From: Candidatus Pyrohabitans jungbluthii
GTDB lineage: Archaea; Hydrothermarchaeota; Hydrothermarchaeia; Hydrothermarchaeales; BMS3B
DNA length: 64,000 nt
Direction of reading: 5' to 3'
Assembly (NCBI GenBank): GCA_002010065.2
Contig: MTMD02000007.1
Location: forward strand, 13,113-77,112
Below are positions 39,363-49,567 of this stretch, piece after piece; the stretch's first letter is position 1; the number at the start of each line of letters is the position of its first letter. The translations under genes were made by a program, and so were the position numbers. The notes under the pieces are model-generated. The model searched no databases, was not told where the DNA came from, and worked only from the letters and a program-made list of their open reading frames with translations.

Positions 39363-40506
39363 GGAAACGAAGGGTGAGCGCCTTCTTATCGTGGGAGTGC
39401 ACACCCGCCCTGCGGTAGCCTCGGCGAAGCGCTCAGGCTACGGCGTCGCAAGCGCAGATTATTTTGGCGATATTGATTTAAAGAGGCTGGCGGATGAGTC
39501 TCGCTCCATAGTTAAGCAGAAGCCCTACTGCTCCAACGGCAGGCTGGCTGAGAACTACTCCGACGAGAAGCTTCTTGCCCTTGCGCAACGCTTGGAAGGC
39601 GACAGGATAATTCTGACCTCCACGCTACCTTTGCGAAGCAGAAAGATCGCCGGAATCTCTGGCGTAAGGGCAAAGAAGCTTAAAGACAAGGCGTACCAGC
39701 TTAAAAAGGTGAAAAAGCTCAACATAGCACTGCCAGAGACGAGGGTGGTTGAGAGCAGGGAAGAGGCGGTGCAGGCGGCGGAAGAGATTGGTTTTCCCGT
39801 GGTGGTTAAACCAGCGCTCGGCGCAGGAGGCGAGGGGGTTGTGCTGGCGCGTTCTCCGCGTGAGATTCCAGAAATTTACGAGCGCTTCCTGGTGCAGGAG
39901 TACATTCAAGGCAGGGCGATAAGCGTCTCAACCCTTTCTTACCGCAATGAAAGCGTGGCTATCTCCACCAGCGTTCAGATTCTTGGCTCCAGACTAGCGA
40001 AAGCCAGAGGTTTCAGATACTGCGGAAGCCTTGCGCCTTACTCAAGCGATGATCGCCTCTTAAGCATTGCCGAGGAGATTTCCTGCCTCTTTAACCTTCG
40101 TGGCTGGAACGGTATAGACTTTGTGGAGGCAAAGGGTGAGTACTACTTCATTGAACTCAACCCGCGCTTTCAAGGCACTCTCGACGTTGTGGAGCGTGCA
40201 TATGGATTGGCCATAGTGGAGGCCCACCTTGCAGCTTGCGATGGCGAGCTACCCGGGCAGCGTCCTGAGGCGAATAGCTTTGCCGCGAGGCTAACGCTTT
40301 TCGCTAGCGAGAAGTGCATAGTGAGGGGCAACCTTCTGAAGCTGTGCAGCGACGTGCCCGCGAGAAATGCGATAATCGAGGCGGGCGAGCCTGTAACCAC
40401 GGTGCTGAGCTCTGGCAAAAGCAGGAGCGAGGCGCTGCAGAGGGTTAAGAAGAAGGCGAGGCAGGTGTACTCCCGCTACCTCTTTAGCGTGCCCGAAGCT
40501 TTTTAA
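39328..40506 (+). CDS. ATP-grasp domain protein (start uncertain)
   Basis: [38 protein letters not shown]. Confidence 0.85.
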   Translation: MSSRFPVLRSNRETKGERLLIVGVHTRPAVASAKRSGYGVASADYFGDIDLKRLADESRSIVKQKPYCSNGRLAENYSDEKLLALAQRLEGDRIILTSTLPLRSRKIAGISGVRAKKLKDKAYQLKKVKKLNIALPETRVVESREEAVQAAEEIGFPVVVKPALGAGGEGVVLARSPREIPEIYERFLVQEYIQGRAISVSTLSYRNESVAISTSVQILGSRLAKARGFRYCGSLAPYSSDDRLLSIAEEISCLFNLRGWNGIDFVEAKGEYYFIELNPRFQGTLDVVERAYGLAIVEAHLAACDGELPGQRPEANSFAARLTLFASEKCIVRGNLLKLCSDVPARNAIIEAGEPVTTVLSSGKSRSEALQRVKKKARQVYSRYLFSVPEAF

Positions 40507-40524
40507 ACCACTGCCGCAAAAGCT

Positions 40525-41598
40525 ATGCGTAGAATGAGCGACCTGGCGGAGATGAGGAAGGAGATAGACGAAATAGACGCCCAGCTTCTAGAGTTACTCA
40601 GGCGCAGGATTCGGGTTGCAGAGCAGGTTGGCAAGTACAAGCTCGCCAAGGGGATGCGCATCGAAGACCCGGAGCGGGAGAAGCAGGTGCTCTCGCGAGC
40701 ACTTGCAAACGCCGGTGAGCTTAGCCGCGAGTTTGTGCGCGACATCTTTGAGCGGATTATCCTGGAGAGCAAGCGTGCCCAGCGGCAGGGCAAAATAGCC
40801 ATACTCGGACCGAGAGGTACATTCTCCGAGGAAGCGGCGCTCAGGTTCATGAAGTCCCCGCATTTAGTGCTCGCCCGCGACATCGAGGAGATATTCGATC
40901 TTGTTGAAAGGGGAGAGGTGGAGTTTGGTGTCTTACCTGTGGAGAACTCCCTCGAGGGCAGCGTCGCCCTCGCCATGGAACTGCTCGTCAAGAGGAATGC
41001 TAAGGTTTATGCGGAGGTGATTCTGGACATAAACCACCACCTGCTCGCGTTGCCGGGGGTTAAACTGGGTGAGATACGCAAGATAATCTCCCATCCTCAG
41101 GCACTGGCGCAGTGCAAAGGCTTCATCTCGAGCTTAGCGGTGGCTACAGCCAACTATCCGAGCACTGCCGACGCTGCACGGGAAATTAAAGAGAAGCAGC
41201 TTCGCGACGTGGCTGCTATCGCTCCGCTGGCAGCGGCAAAGCTCTACGGCTTAGAGGTGCTCAAGGAGAAGATTCAGGATATAGACCACAACCAGACGCG
41301 CTTCTTCATCCTTGCCAAGAAGGACCACGCGCCCACGGGCAGGGACAAAACCTCTATTATCCTCAGCCTTAAGGACAAGCCGGGCGCCCTGTATGAGATA
41401 CTTGAGGCCTTTGCCAAGGCGAAGGTGAACCTCACAAAGATAGAGTCTCGCCCCTCTCGTCGCGCTCTTGGCGATTATATATTCTTTATAGACTTTGAAG
41501 GGCATCGCAGCGAGGAGAGAATAAAACGTGTGCTTGAGGAGATAGAGAAACGGGCGTCCTTCCTGAAGATACTGGGGAGTTATCCTTCGGGAGGTTAG
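40525..41598 (+). CDS. pheA: Chorismate mutase/prephenate dehydratase
   Basis: RKEIDEID, LGPRGTFSE, PVENSLEG, SHPQALAQC, NQTRF, ESRPS, LGSY. Confidence 0.95.
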   Translation: MRRMSDLAEMRKEIDEIDAQLLELLRRRIRVAEQVGKYKLAKGMRIEDPEREKQVLSRALANAGELSREFVRDIFERIILESKRAQRQGKIAILGPRGTFSEEAALRFMKSPHLVLARDIEEIFDLVERGEVEFGVLPVENSLEGSVALAMELLVKRNAKVYAEVILDINHHLLALPGVKLGEIRKIISHPQALAQCKGFISSLAVATANYPSTADAAREIKEKQLRDVAAIAPLAAAKLYGLEVLKEKIQDIDHNQTRFFILAKKDHAPTGRDKTSIILSLKDKPGALYEILEAFAKAKVNLTKIESRPSRRALGDYIFFIDFEGHRSEERIKRVLEEIEKRASFLKILGSYPSGG

Positions 41599-41628
41599 GG
41601 ATGCCGTGCGCTCGCCGTAGGTGAGGAG

Positions 41629-42588
41629 ATGAGCTTTCTGGGCATGGACCACGGCACGCGGGAGGTGCGCTTCTACATCCTTCCCGAGAATGTGGGCTTT
41701 TCTGTACCCCGCAGCAAAGCTGCGCGCGAGGGCGTGCTACGCGAGATTGAGCGCAGGGTTGAGCTGGCGAAGATAGAGCTTGCGGCGATAACCTACTCCA
41801 TGGGCGATGCGCTAACGGCGATCACCCGCATAGATAAGGTTGAGAACCGCGGAGTGCTCCCAGGAGGCGGCGCTGGCGAGCATGTTGGCGGGGGCACCCG
41901 CGCCTACGATGAGCTTGCGGCGAGCGGGATTAAGGCGGTGGTTATACCCGGGCTCCACCGCGGCTTAGCCAGCTTAGACGAGCGCATGCGCGCGCTTTAC
42001 TCCCACATGGCGAGCGCGGAGAAGGTGAGCATAGCCTACGATGCCTATCTGAGGGTAAAGCGCGAGCTTGGCGCGGAGAACTTTATTGTGAGCGACATAA
42101 GCTCCAATACTGTGAGCGTGGCTGTGAAGTCTGGGAGGATAGTCGGTGCTATTGACGCCTGCCTAGGTGCGATAGGCATGTTCCACGGTCCCCTTGACTT
42201 AGAGGCGATCCGCCGCATTGATAAAGGTGAGGTTACCGCAGGCGAAGCCTTTTCCCGCGCGGGTGTTGTGAAGATATACCCCTTTTCAGATCTCAGGGAG
42301 ATTCTTGAACCCAAAAACGAAAGAGCGAGGCTCGCCTTGAATGCTCTCGTGCTGAGCGTGGAGATGGAGATTCGCTCCCTCACGGCGCTGGTGGAGCCTC
42401 AGGCGATAGTAATAACCGGCGGTGCAGGTGTTCACGAGGCGGTGTTTTCGAGGCTCGCGGAGAGGCTGCGCAAACTCGCGCCGGTGCTGCGCATAGACGA
42501 GTATAGTGCAGCAAGGGGGAGTGCCGAGATTGCAAGGGCGGTTTACGAAGGCGAGAGGGAGATTCTGGGTATAGGGGTGGAGGTTTGA
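41629..42588 (+). CDS. Methanogenesis marker 12-like protein (UPF0285)
   Basis: GMDHGT, YSMGD, GAGEHVGGGT, IPGLHR, SHMASAEK, SDISSNTV, GAIDAC, HGPLD. Confidence 0.85.
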   Translation: MSFLGMDHGTREVRFYILPENVGFSVPRSKAAREGVLREIERRVELAKIELAAITYSMGDALTAITRIDKVENRGVLPGGGAGEHVGGGTRAYDELAASGIKAVVIPGLHRGLASLDERMRALYSHMASAEKVSIAYDAYLRVKRELGAENFIVSDISSNTVSVAVKSGRIVGAIDACLGAIGMFHGPLDLEAIRRIDKGEVTAGEAFSRAGVVKIYPFSDLREILEPKNERARLALNALVLSVEMEIRSLTALVEPQAIVITGGAGVHEAVFSRLAERLRKLAPVLRIDEYSAARGSAEIARAVYEGEREILGIGVEV

Positions 42589-42635
42589 GTAAGCAGCAGG
42601 TAGTTTTTTAAGCTTTGAATAGCATTTGCACTCTT

Positions 42636-42833
42636 GTGAGCAGATTCAGAATTTTCAAAACAGAAGAATTCGACAAGGACTATGCTAAACTGGACAAATC
42701 AGAACAAAAACGCGTGGATAAGATTCTCAAGCAGTTGATGGAGAGGGGCGACGAAGTAGGTAAACCTTTAGCAGGACTCTCATTTTTCAGGGAAAAGAAG
42801 TTTAATGGTAAGCGCTTATATTACTTAGTATAC
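42636..42833 (+). pseudogene. Truncated RelE/ParE-like toxin
   Basis: FRIFKTEEFDKDYAKLDKSEQKRVDK...GKPL..FFREKKFNGKRLYYLVY, then the frame runs into unrelated antisense sequence. Confidence 0.6.
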
Positions 42834-42949
42834 CACTCACTAATCCTTCCCTGCTTTATGTCTTCAAGGCTTCTTTTTATCTTCTCTACGAGCTCCCAGT
42901 CTATCTCTGTCCTCTCTTTAAGTTCCTCATATTCCTTCTTTGTTTGCAT
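42821..42949 (-). CDS. Small RelB-like antitoxin or remnant (42 aa)
   Basis: MQTKKEYEELKERTEIDWELVEKIKRSLEDIKQGRISEWYTK; below the ORF-track cutoff, read manually. Confidence 0.55.
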   Translation of the reverse strand: MQTKKEYEELKERTEIDWELVEKIKRSLEDIKQGRISEWYTK

Positions 42950-42957
42950 GCCCACAG

Positions 42958-43344
42958 CTACCAGCTTCTCACCTTAAGCCCTTTAATTCTGCTGAAGTGC
43001 TTCACATTTCTTGTAATCAGCGTGAGGTCATACGTTGCCACCGTCGCTGCAATCATCACATCCCTCACATCTAGGCTGAGCCCCTCCTTCTTCAGGGTTG
43101 CAAAGATTTCCCCCGCCCTCTCAGCGCAGGCATCGTCGAAGGTGAGGATGTGAAACTTGGACAGCAGATTTTTAGCCTCTCTGACGGCTCTCCCGCCGGT
43201 GTAATATGCGCCGGCGTAGAGCTCGAAGGCATTTATGACGGTGGTGAACCTCACCCTCTCCCTGTCCAGCTCCTCAATCACCGGCACAGCACTCTTATCC
43301 CCCCTGAGCACCGCCACGAGGAAGTCGGTATCCACGCACTTCAA
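42958..43344 (-). CDS. vapC: VapC PIN-domain toxin
   Basis: VDTDFLV, FELY, DVMIAAT, LITRNVKHFSRI. Confidence 0.92.
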   Translation of the reverse strand: MKCVDTDFLVAVLRGDKSAVPVIEELDRERVRFTTVINAFELYAGAYYTGGRAVREAKNLLSKFHILTFDDACAERAGEIFATLKKEGLSLDVRDVMIAATVATYDLTLITRNVKHFSRIKGLKVRSW

Positions 43345-43547
43345 GGCATAGCCTCCGTGTACTTCTTCCAGGCTTTCCTGAGGTCTTTCATAACCTCCTC
43401 ATCTATACTGCACCTGCCAAAGCTGTCCATAATCCTGCCCTCCTTTGCAACAAGCCGCTTGATGACGTCGGAGAAACTCTCGTCTCTCCTCTTCACACTC
43501 TTCAGGAGGTTGTAGCTCTCCTCCGTAATAGTAATGGTCTTTGCCAT
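43341..43547 (-). CDS. vapB: VapB-type antitoxin
   Basis: KTITITEESYNLLKSVKRRDESFSDVIKRL; overlaps vapC. Confidence 0.9.
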   Translation of the reverse strand: MAKTITITEESYNLLKSVKRRDESFSDVIKRLVAKEGRIMDSFGRCSIDEEVMKDLRKAWKKYTEAMP

Positions 43548-43633
43548 GTATGTTTAAACTTATGTTCACATCTTAAAACTCGAAACCCCACAAACTTTTT
43601 TATTCTACACCCTGAATTTAGCATGGTGGTGTG

Positions 43634-44776
43634 ATGTACAAAATCGCTGTGATACCCGGTGATGGAGTCGGGCCTGAGGTGATGCAGGAAGGTATAAAGG
43701 TTCTTGAGGCGGCTGGAGAAGTGGCTAATATAGACTTCGAGTGGGTTCGCTACCCCTTCGGCGCGGAGCATTACCTTGCCACTGGAGAGATTCTCGGCGA
43801 GGATGCGCTGAAGGAAATCTCCGGCTGCGATGCAATTTACCTCGCGGCCGTGGGTGACCCGCGCGTTAAGCCGGGCATCCTGGAGCAGGGCATCCTGCTG
43901 AAGCTGCGCTTCTACTTCGACCAGTATGTGAACCTGCGCCCCGTGAAGCTTTACCCCGGCATCCCTACGCCGCTGAAGGATAAGAAGCCCGAGGACATAA
44001 ACTTCTTTGTGGTGAGGGAGAACACAGAAGACTTCTACGTTGGCGTGGGTGCGAGGGTGACTTCGCCAAAGCAAAGGGAAGAGCTTGAAGTTAAGCGCGA
44101 GCTGTACGAACTCAAATTTGGGGTGGATATAACAAAGGAGAGAAGCGAGGAGGTAGCCTTTCAGATAGGCGTGATCTCCCGCGAGGGTGCGGAGCGCGTG
44201 ATTCGCTACGCCTTCGAGCTGGCGAAGCGTCAGGGCATGCACAGGGTGACAAGCGTGGACAAGGCGAATGTGCTCACCCACGTTTACTCCCTGTGGCGGG
44301 AGGTGTTTGAAGAGGTGGCGAAAGGTTACGCTGAGATGGAAACGGAGTTTAACTACGTGGATGCGATAACCATGTACTTCCTCACTATGCCGGAGCATTT
44401 TCAGGTTATCGTGACCCCCAACATGTTCGGGGACATAATCACCGATCTGGGTGCGCAGATTCAGGGGGGCATAGGCCTAGCACCCAGCGGGAATATAAAT
44501 CCTGACGGAGTGAGCATGTTTGAGCCGGTGCACGGCTCTGCGCCCAATCTGAAGGGCAAAGGGTTAGCGAACCCTGTGGCTCAGATACTTGCAGGAGCGC
44601 TCATGCTCCAGGAACTCGGCGAGGCTGAGGCTTCACGCCTGGTTGAGCAGGCGGTGGCAGAGACGCTGCGCTCAGGCGTGCGCACACCCGACATAGGTGG
44701 CAGCGCCTCAACAGCGCAGGTGGGCTCGGCGATAGCGGCGAAGGTGAAAGAGCTGGCTGAGAATGGAGGAGATTGA
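43634..44776 (+). CDS. Isopropylmalate/isocitrate/tartrate dehydrogenase family (LeuB-like)
   Basis: [46 protein letters not shown]. Confidence 0.9.
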   Translation: MYKIAVIPGDGVGPEVMQEGIKVLEAAGEVANIDFEWVRYPFGAEHYLATGEILGEDALKEISGCDAIYLAAVGDPRVKPGILEQGILLKLRFYFDQYVNLRPVKLYPGIPTPLKDKKPEDINFFVVRENTEDFYVGVGARVTSPKQREELEVKRELYELKFGVDITKERSEEVAFQIGVISREGAERVIRYAFELAKRQGMHRVTSVDKANVLTHVYSLWREVFEEVAKGYAEMETEFNYVDAITMYFLTMPEHFQVIVTPNMFGDIITDLGAQIQGGIGLAPSGNINPDGVSMFEPVHGSAPNLKGKGLANPVAQILAGALMLQELGEAEASRLVEQAVAETLRSGVRTPDIGGSASTAQVGSAIAAKVKELAENGGD

Positions 44777-45674
44777 GAAGCGAGTGGTGGAGTTTCTCAG
44801 GCAGCATGGCGTAGCCCTAGGAAAGGAGCTTTACGAGAGCCTGGGCATAGACTCCTTTCTGCTGTGGCGCACCTGCATGCTGAGCAGACGCATAGTAACC
44901 AGGCGAGTGGGAAGGCGCTACCTCCGCCTGGATAGGCGCGTCGAGGGCTACGCTAGGCTTTCGCCTTCGATTCAGCGGGAATTTCTTACCTACACCGTCG
45001 TCGGACTAAAGGAGCAGGAGCGCGAGGTAGCGGCGAGGGCAGCGCAGCTTGAGAGGGAAATCGCGGAGATAAGCGCGCAGAAGCTAAGGTTAGCGAAGCG
45101 TGTGGTTGAGGAGGCGATTGAGAGACTTGGCAGCGAGAGAGTGGCGCTTCTCAGCAAAGCGTGCTTTGTAATAGGAGGCGACGTGCCCTTGGGAATGGCG
45201 CACGCAGACCCTCGCCCGGAACGCAGCACCGGTGAGCTTGTGGCGGGCTCCGACTTAGACCTGGTGGTCATCCTCGGCGATGAGGTTAGCCATGAGATTG
45301 AGGAAAAGCTGGACAGCGCGCTCTTTGAGATAAAGCACCGCCTGCTTGCGATGCCCCGCAAGGAGGAGCTTGACTACCTGATTAAAAGGTGGAGCAGGGT
45401 GAAGGAGCAGCTCAGCTTCGCAAGCTTCGAGGATATGGTGGCGTGCAAGATACTCGACGAGGCGAAGCTTCTCGCGGGTAGCAAAGAAATGCTCTCAAGG
45501 CTCAGGGAGGAAATGCGCCAGCGTAGTGTGGTTGCGAAGCTTCGCGAACTCGAGAGGCGAGCACAGGAGTATCGCAGATGGAGCGAGGAGGTGCTCCTCG
45601 CAACGCCTCAGCCAGAGGAAGAGCTTCTGCTGCGCACCTTCACCACTACCATAGAGGCGAGTGAGATTTTCTAG
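44763..45674 (+). CDS. Hypothetical protein with nucleotidyltransferase-like GSDLD motif
   Basis: N-terminal wHTH-like segment, GSDLDLVVI and a distal D (ELDY). Overlaps the leuB-like gene. Confidence 0.6.
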   Translation: MEEIEKRVVEFLRQHGVALGKELYESLGIDSFLLWRTCMLSRRIVTRRVGRRYLRLDRRVEGYARLSPSIQREFLTYTVVGLKEQEREVAARAAQLEREIAEISAQKLRLAKRVVEEAIERLGSERVALLSKACFVIGGDVPLGMAHADPRPERSTGELVAGSDLDLVVILGDEVSHEIEEKLDSALFEIKHRLLAMPRKEELDYLIKRWSRVKEQLSFASFEDMVACKILDEAKLLAGSKEMLSRLREEMRQRSVVAKLRELERRAQEYRRWSEEVLLATPQPEEELLLRTFTTTIEASEIF

Positions 45675-45710
45675 GCGAACCCTTTTATTGCCAGAATCCT
45701 AACTAAAAAC

Positions 45711-47408
45711 ATGCCTAAAATCCGCGTGCTCAGCGAGAGCATTGCAAGCAAAATCGCCGCTGGGGAGGTGGTGGAGCGTCCCGCAAGCGTTGTCAAGGAG
45801 CTGGTGGAGAACAGCCTGGACGCGAGCGCTACCCGCATAGCTGTGGAGATTCGCGATGGAGGCAAGAGCTACATCCGCGTTAGCGACGACGGCTTTGGGA
45901 TGAGTCGCGAGGATGCGCGCCTAGCCTTCGAAAGGCATGCGACGAGCAAAATTTCCAGCTTCGAAGACCTCTACGCCGTTCGTAGCCTGGGCTTCCGTGG
46001 CGAGGCGTTGCCCAGCATAGCGAGCGTGGCAAAGGTTACTATGGAGACCAGGGAGAAGCACAGCCTCGAGGGTACCCGCGTAGTGGTTGAAGGCGGGAAG
46101 GTGCTCAGCCTTGAAGCCTGGGGCTGTCCCCCAGGCACGAGTGTTGTGGTGGAGAGACTATTCTTCAACACTCCGGCGAGGCGAAAGTTTCTCAAAAGCG
46201 ATGCCACAGAGGCGAGAGAGATTGTCGCGGTGCTTACGCGCTACGTGCTCGCCTTTCCGGAGGTACACTTCGAGTTTTTCAAAGACGGAAGGCGCAGTTT
46301 AGTTGCGCCTAAGGGTAGCCTTAGAGACAGGCTGGCGCTGCTCTTTGGTAAAGAGGCAGTGATGCAGATGCGGGAGGTGGAGGCTGAGAAAGACGGCTAC
46401 CGCATCTCTGGTTTTGTATCGCTGCCTTCGCTGAGCAGAGCCTCGCGGGGGGAGCAGTACCTCTTCGTCAACCGCCGCTTCGTCAAAAGCAGGCTGCTCA
46501 ACATTGCCCTGGATGAAGCATACCATACCCTTCTGCCCAGGCATCGCTATCCCCTCGCCTTCATCTTCCTCGAGCTTGACCCTGCGCAGGTGGACGTGAA
46601 TGTGCACCCTGCAAAAATCGAGGTGAAGTTTAAAGAGGAGGAGAAGCTTCGCCAGCTCTTAGTGGAGGCGATTCGTGAGGCGCTGCTCACACCTGCGAAG
46701 GCACAGGTGATGCCCCAGAGGCAGCTCAGCCTCCAAGTTGAGCGCGCTCCCGCGGAAAGCGTGGTGAGGGAGGCGAAGGCTGATTACGCCTTGCAGCTTC
46801 ATCAAAGCGAGCCAAACTACACCCTTTTTTTCAGGCAGCTTAAACCCCTCGCCCAGCTCCACAACACCTACATCCTCGCGGAAAGCAGCGAGGGTTTAGT
46901 GCTAATAGACCAGCATGCGGCTCATGAGCGGGTGCTCTTTGAGAGGTTCAGGGCACAGCTTGAAGAGGCAAAGCTGGAGAAGCAGGAGCTACTCTCGCCG
47001 GCGCTTATTGAGCTTTCCCCCCGCGAGGCTGCGATACTCGAGGAAAACCTCGAGCTGATCTCGGAGCTGGGCTTCGAAATTGAGAGCTTCGGGGAGAGGA
47101 GCTACCTTGTTAAGGCGGTACCCCTTTTCCTGGGCAGGGCGGTGGAGAAGGAGGAGATTTACGAGATAATCCACTCACTGATAGAGGCGGGGAGCATAAG
47201 GCAGCGGGAGCAGCGCAGGGAGGAGATGATATACCGCGTTGCCTGCAAGAAGGCTGTGAAGGCCGGAGATTACCTGACAATGGATGATATGCTCGCGCTA
47301 CTTGCCCACCTCAGCAGAACTTCTCAACCCACCACCTGCCCCCATGGAAGGCCGACAATGATCACCCTGGACTTAAAGGAGATTGAGAGGAGGTTTAAGC
47401 GGAGCTAG
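45711..47408 (+). CDS. mutL: DNA mismatch repair endonuclease MutL
   Basis: IAAGEVVERP, KELVENSLDA, GFRGEAL, DVNVHPAK, DQHAAHER, ACK, CPHGRP. Confidence 0.96.
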   Translation: MPKIRVLSESIASKIAAGEVVERPASVVKELVENSLDASATRIAVEIRDGGKSYIRVSDDGFGMSREDARLAFERHATSKISSFEDLYAVRSLGFRGEALPSIASVAKVTMETREKHSLEGTRVVVEGGKVLSLEAWGCPPGTSVVVERLFFNTPARRKFLKSDATEAREIVAVLTRYVLAFPEVHFEFFKDGRRSLVAPKGSLRDRLALLFGKEAVMQMREVEAEKDGYRISGFVSLPSLSRASRGEQYLFVNRRFVKSRLLNIALDEAYHTLLPRHRYPLAFIFLELDPAQVDVNVHPAKIEVKFKEEEKLRQLLVEAIREALLTPAKAQVMPQRQLSLQVERAPAESVVREAKADYALQLHQSEPNYTLFFRQLKPLAQLHNTYILAESSEGLVLIDQHAAHERVLFERFRAQLEEAKLEKQELLSPALIELSPREAAILEENLELISELGFEIESFGERSYLVKAVPLFLGRAVEKEEIYEIIHSLIEAGSIRQREQRREEMIYRVACKKAVKAGDYLTMDDMLALLAHLSRTSQPTTCPHGRPTMITLDLKEIERRFKRS

Positions 47409-47414
47409 TAATAC

Positions 47415-47560
47415 TTTTATTTAGTGTGCTCCGGGTCTTGGTAGCTGTTCCCGGGAGAAGGATTTCAAGCTCATCTCCCTTTTCATCCAGATCAAACACC
47501 ATGTTCTCTGCCACCAGCTCATATTTTTCCACCCTTTCGCAGGCGCAGGTAGAGGGCGCC
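47415..47560 (-). pseudogene. Frameshifted DUF2283-like remnant
   Basis: ALYLRLRKG, then in a shifted frame VEKYELVAENMVFDLDEKGDELEIL. Confidence 0.5.
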
Positions 47561-47761
47561 TATCTTCTTGACCTTGGCTACCCAAAACTTTTAATAACAT
47601 CTGGCAGAGATAATACTTAATGAAGCTAAGAATAGGAACCTCTGGCGAAATGGCTCACAATGTTGGCTACATACCTCTCATTTTATCTGTAGCAGAGAGT
47701 TTGGAGAAGTTTCCGGGTAACGCAAGGGTTTTCGAGGTAAAGAAGGAGTACACATGGAGGA

Positions 47762-48004
47762 TTATGAGTATAGAGGGGGACTACAGATATTTGACGGCTT
47801 TCCAGCTCCAGAATAGCAACCTACGGCGGAAAAATGCTTTTCCTCTTCTTCGCTGTAGACCATTTTCGTCTCTTCATCCTCGTCTTTCAGTATCTCTTCG
47901 AGCACAAAGTTCACAAATTCCTCCACTGAAGCAAATTCTTTGCTGTCTTCAACACGTTTCTTTATCTCTCCATATATCTTATCTTTTATCTCGATTTTCA
48001 CCAC
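47762..48004 (-). pseudogene. CopG/RHH-like small protein with disrupted C-terminus
   Basis: FASVEEFVNFVLEEIL...VYSEEEEK, then unrelated sequence where relatives typically end ...ERLRALGY. Confidence 0.55.
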
Positions 48005-48139
48005 TTTACCACCTCAAATTATTTATCCTTTTTCAACTTTACTTCTTAACTTCGCATTTTCATAGCCTCTATTTGAAGCCAGATATATAAAGAATGATTT
48101 AATCAAATACTATTAGCTGTGTTTGATCGGAATTAATGA

Positions 48140-49504
48140 CTATAAACTTATCTTGATTATGATGCTCTTTATCTCTTTCTTTATCTTCTTCATCAGCTCC
48201 CTGTCATAGTCATCTATTTCTAGTATTTCTTTAAATATAATTCTTATACCCTCCCTTCTTATATATTTATATCTAAGTAAGAATCCGATAAGGCCGTTTA
48301 TAATGAAAGCTAATGCGAATCCATATAAACCGCCGAGTAATATTAAAATGATACCTAAAAGAAGGAAAGTCATCGTACTTATGGCATATATTATGAAGAG
48401 ATACTTTTGTGCTCTTAGACCAAAAAACAATGGGCGCATAGTCAAATTAAGTGCGTAAACTAAAGAAATGAAAATCAATATCTGAAATATCCTTGCTGAT
48501 TCTGAATAAGAACTGCCAAAGAATATATTGAATGCAAAAGGAGAAAGTATTATGGAGAGTGTAATAATTGGTAGAGAAAACCATATTGAATATTTAATGC
48601 TTTTGTTAATTATCTTGTTTATTCTTTCAATATTTTTAATCTCTTTGGAGATAACAGGCATCAGTACATTCTCAAGAGGAGAAAATAAAAAAATTGTATA
48701 CCTAACTGCTTTTCTAGCAACGTTAAATATCGCAACTGCTTCAACACCAAGGAAAAACTGGATTAACCATGGTTGGATGTTATCGGTTAATTTTTTAAGT
48801 GGCCGTATCCCAATTGCCCATTTCCCATGAGATGTCACAGTTTTCAAGAAAAAGTTTTCTTTTGGTCTTGAAATTGAAAAATAACCTTTTATTATTCTGA
48901 GATAATTAGGAAAAATTAAAAGAAGAGAGGTAAATGATGAGAGAGGATACGCAAGCATTACACCATAGAGACCAAGTTCTAAGTGATAGCCAAATAATAT
49001 AACATAGATAAGTTTAAAGAAACTTTCTCCCACATTTAAAGAAAAAATAGACTTAAAATCAAGATGAGAATTGAAAGTAGTTAGGAATATATTCTTCCCA
49101 GCAGTTGTGATTATTAAAAATGCAGATATCTTGACTAGTTCGCTAACTATCTCTGAGTATCTCTGCTCGAAATATGTATTTGACAAAAATATGATCACGA
49201 ATAAGAAAAAACCAGAAAAAATCTCAACTTGAGAATAGTGGTAAAGAAGTGATTTTACCTTATCATAGCGCTTGGCTCCCCTTTCCCTTGATGCATCTGC
49301 TGTTATAACCCCTCCTATACCAGGGTCAAGTAAAGTGCCTGCAATGCTTATAGCGGAAGAAGCGAGGACTATCAGGCCATATTCAAATCTTCCAAGTATC
49401 CTGACAATTACTATGAAACTCAGAAGACCAAAAATTCCTGTAATTATATTTGCTAGGCTTATTAGTGCTGTTCCTTCTGCAATTTTACGAGCTAAGGATG
49501 TCAT
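48140..49504 (-). CDS. Oligosaccharide flippase (Wzx/MOP family)
   Basis: Multi-TM protein, VRILGRFEYG, FLGVEAVAIFNVA, FGSSYSESA. Confidence 0.85.
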   Translation of the reverse strand: MTSLARKIAEGTALISLANIITGIFGLLSFIVIVRILGRFEYGLIVLASSAISIAGTLLDPGIGGVITADASRERGAKRYDKVKSLLYHYSQVEIFSGFFLFVIIFLSNTYFEQRYSEIVSELVKISAFLIITTAGKNIFLTTFNSHLDFKSIFSLNVGESFFKLIYVILFGYHLELGLYGVMLAYPLSSFTSLLLIFPNYLRIIKGYFSISRPKENFFLKTVTSHGKWAIGIRPLKKLTDNIQPWLIQFFLGVEAVAIFNVARKAVRYTIFLFSPLENVLMPVISKEIKNIERINKIINKSIKYSIWFSLPIITLSIILSPFAFNIFFGSSYSESARIFQILIFISLVYALNLTMRPLFFGLRAQKYLFIIYAISTMTFLLLGIILILLGGLYGFALAFIINGLIGFLLRYKYIRREGIRIIFKEILEIDDYDRELMKKIKKEIKSIIIKISL

Positions 49505-49567
49505 GATTTTTGATTAGAAAGTATAGATATTAAAATCTATTCTTAGGTAGCCCCCTAGCTACTCTTT

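Noticed and set aside
47620-48090. 156-aa plus-strand ORF
   Set aside because: The 3' half is antisense to the RHH-like gene and reads as nonsense; at most a fragment.
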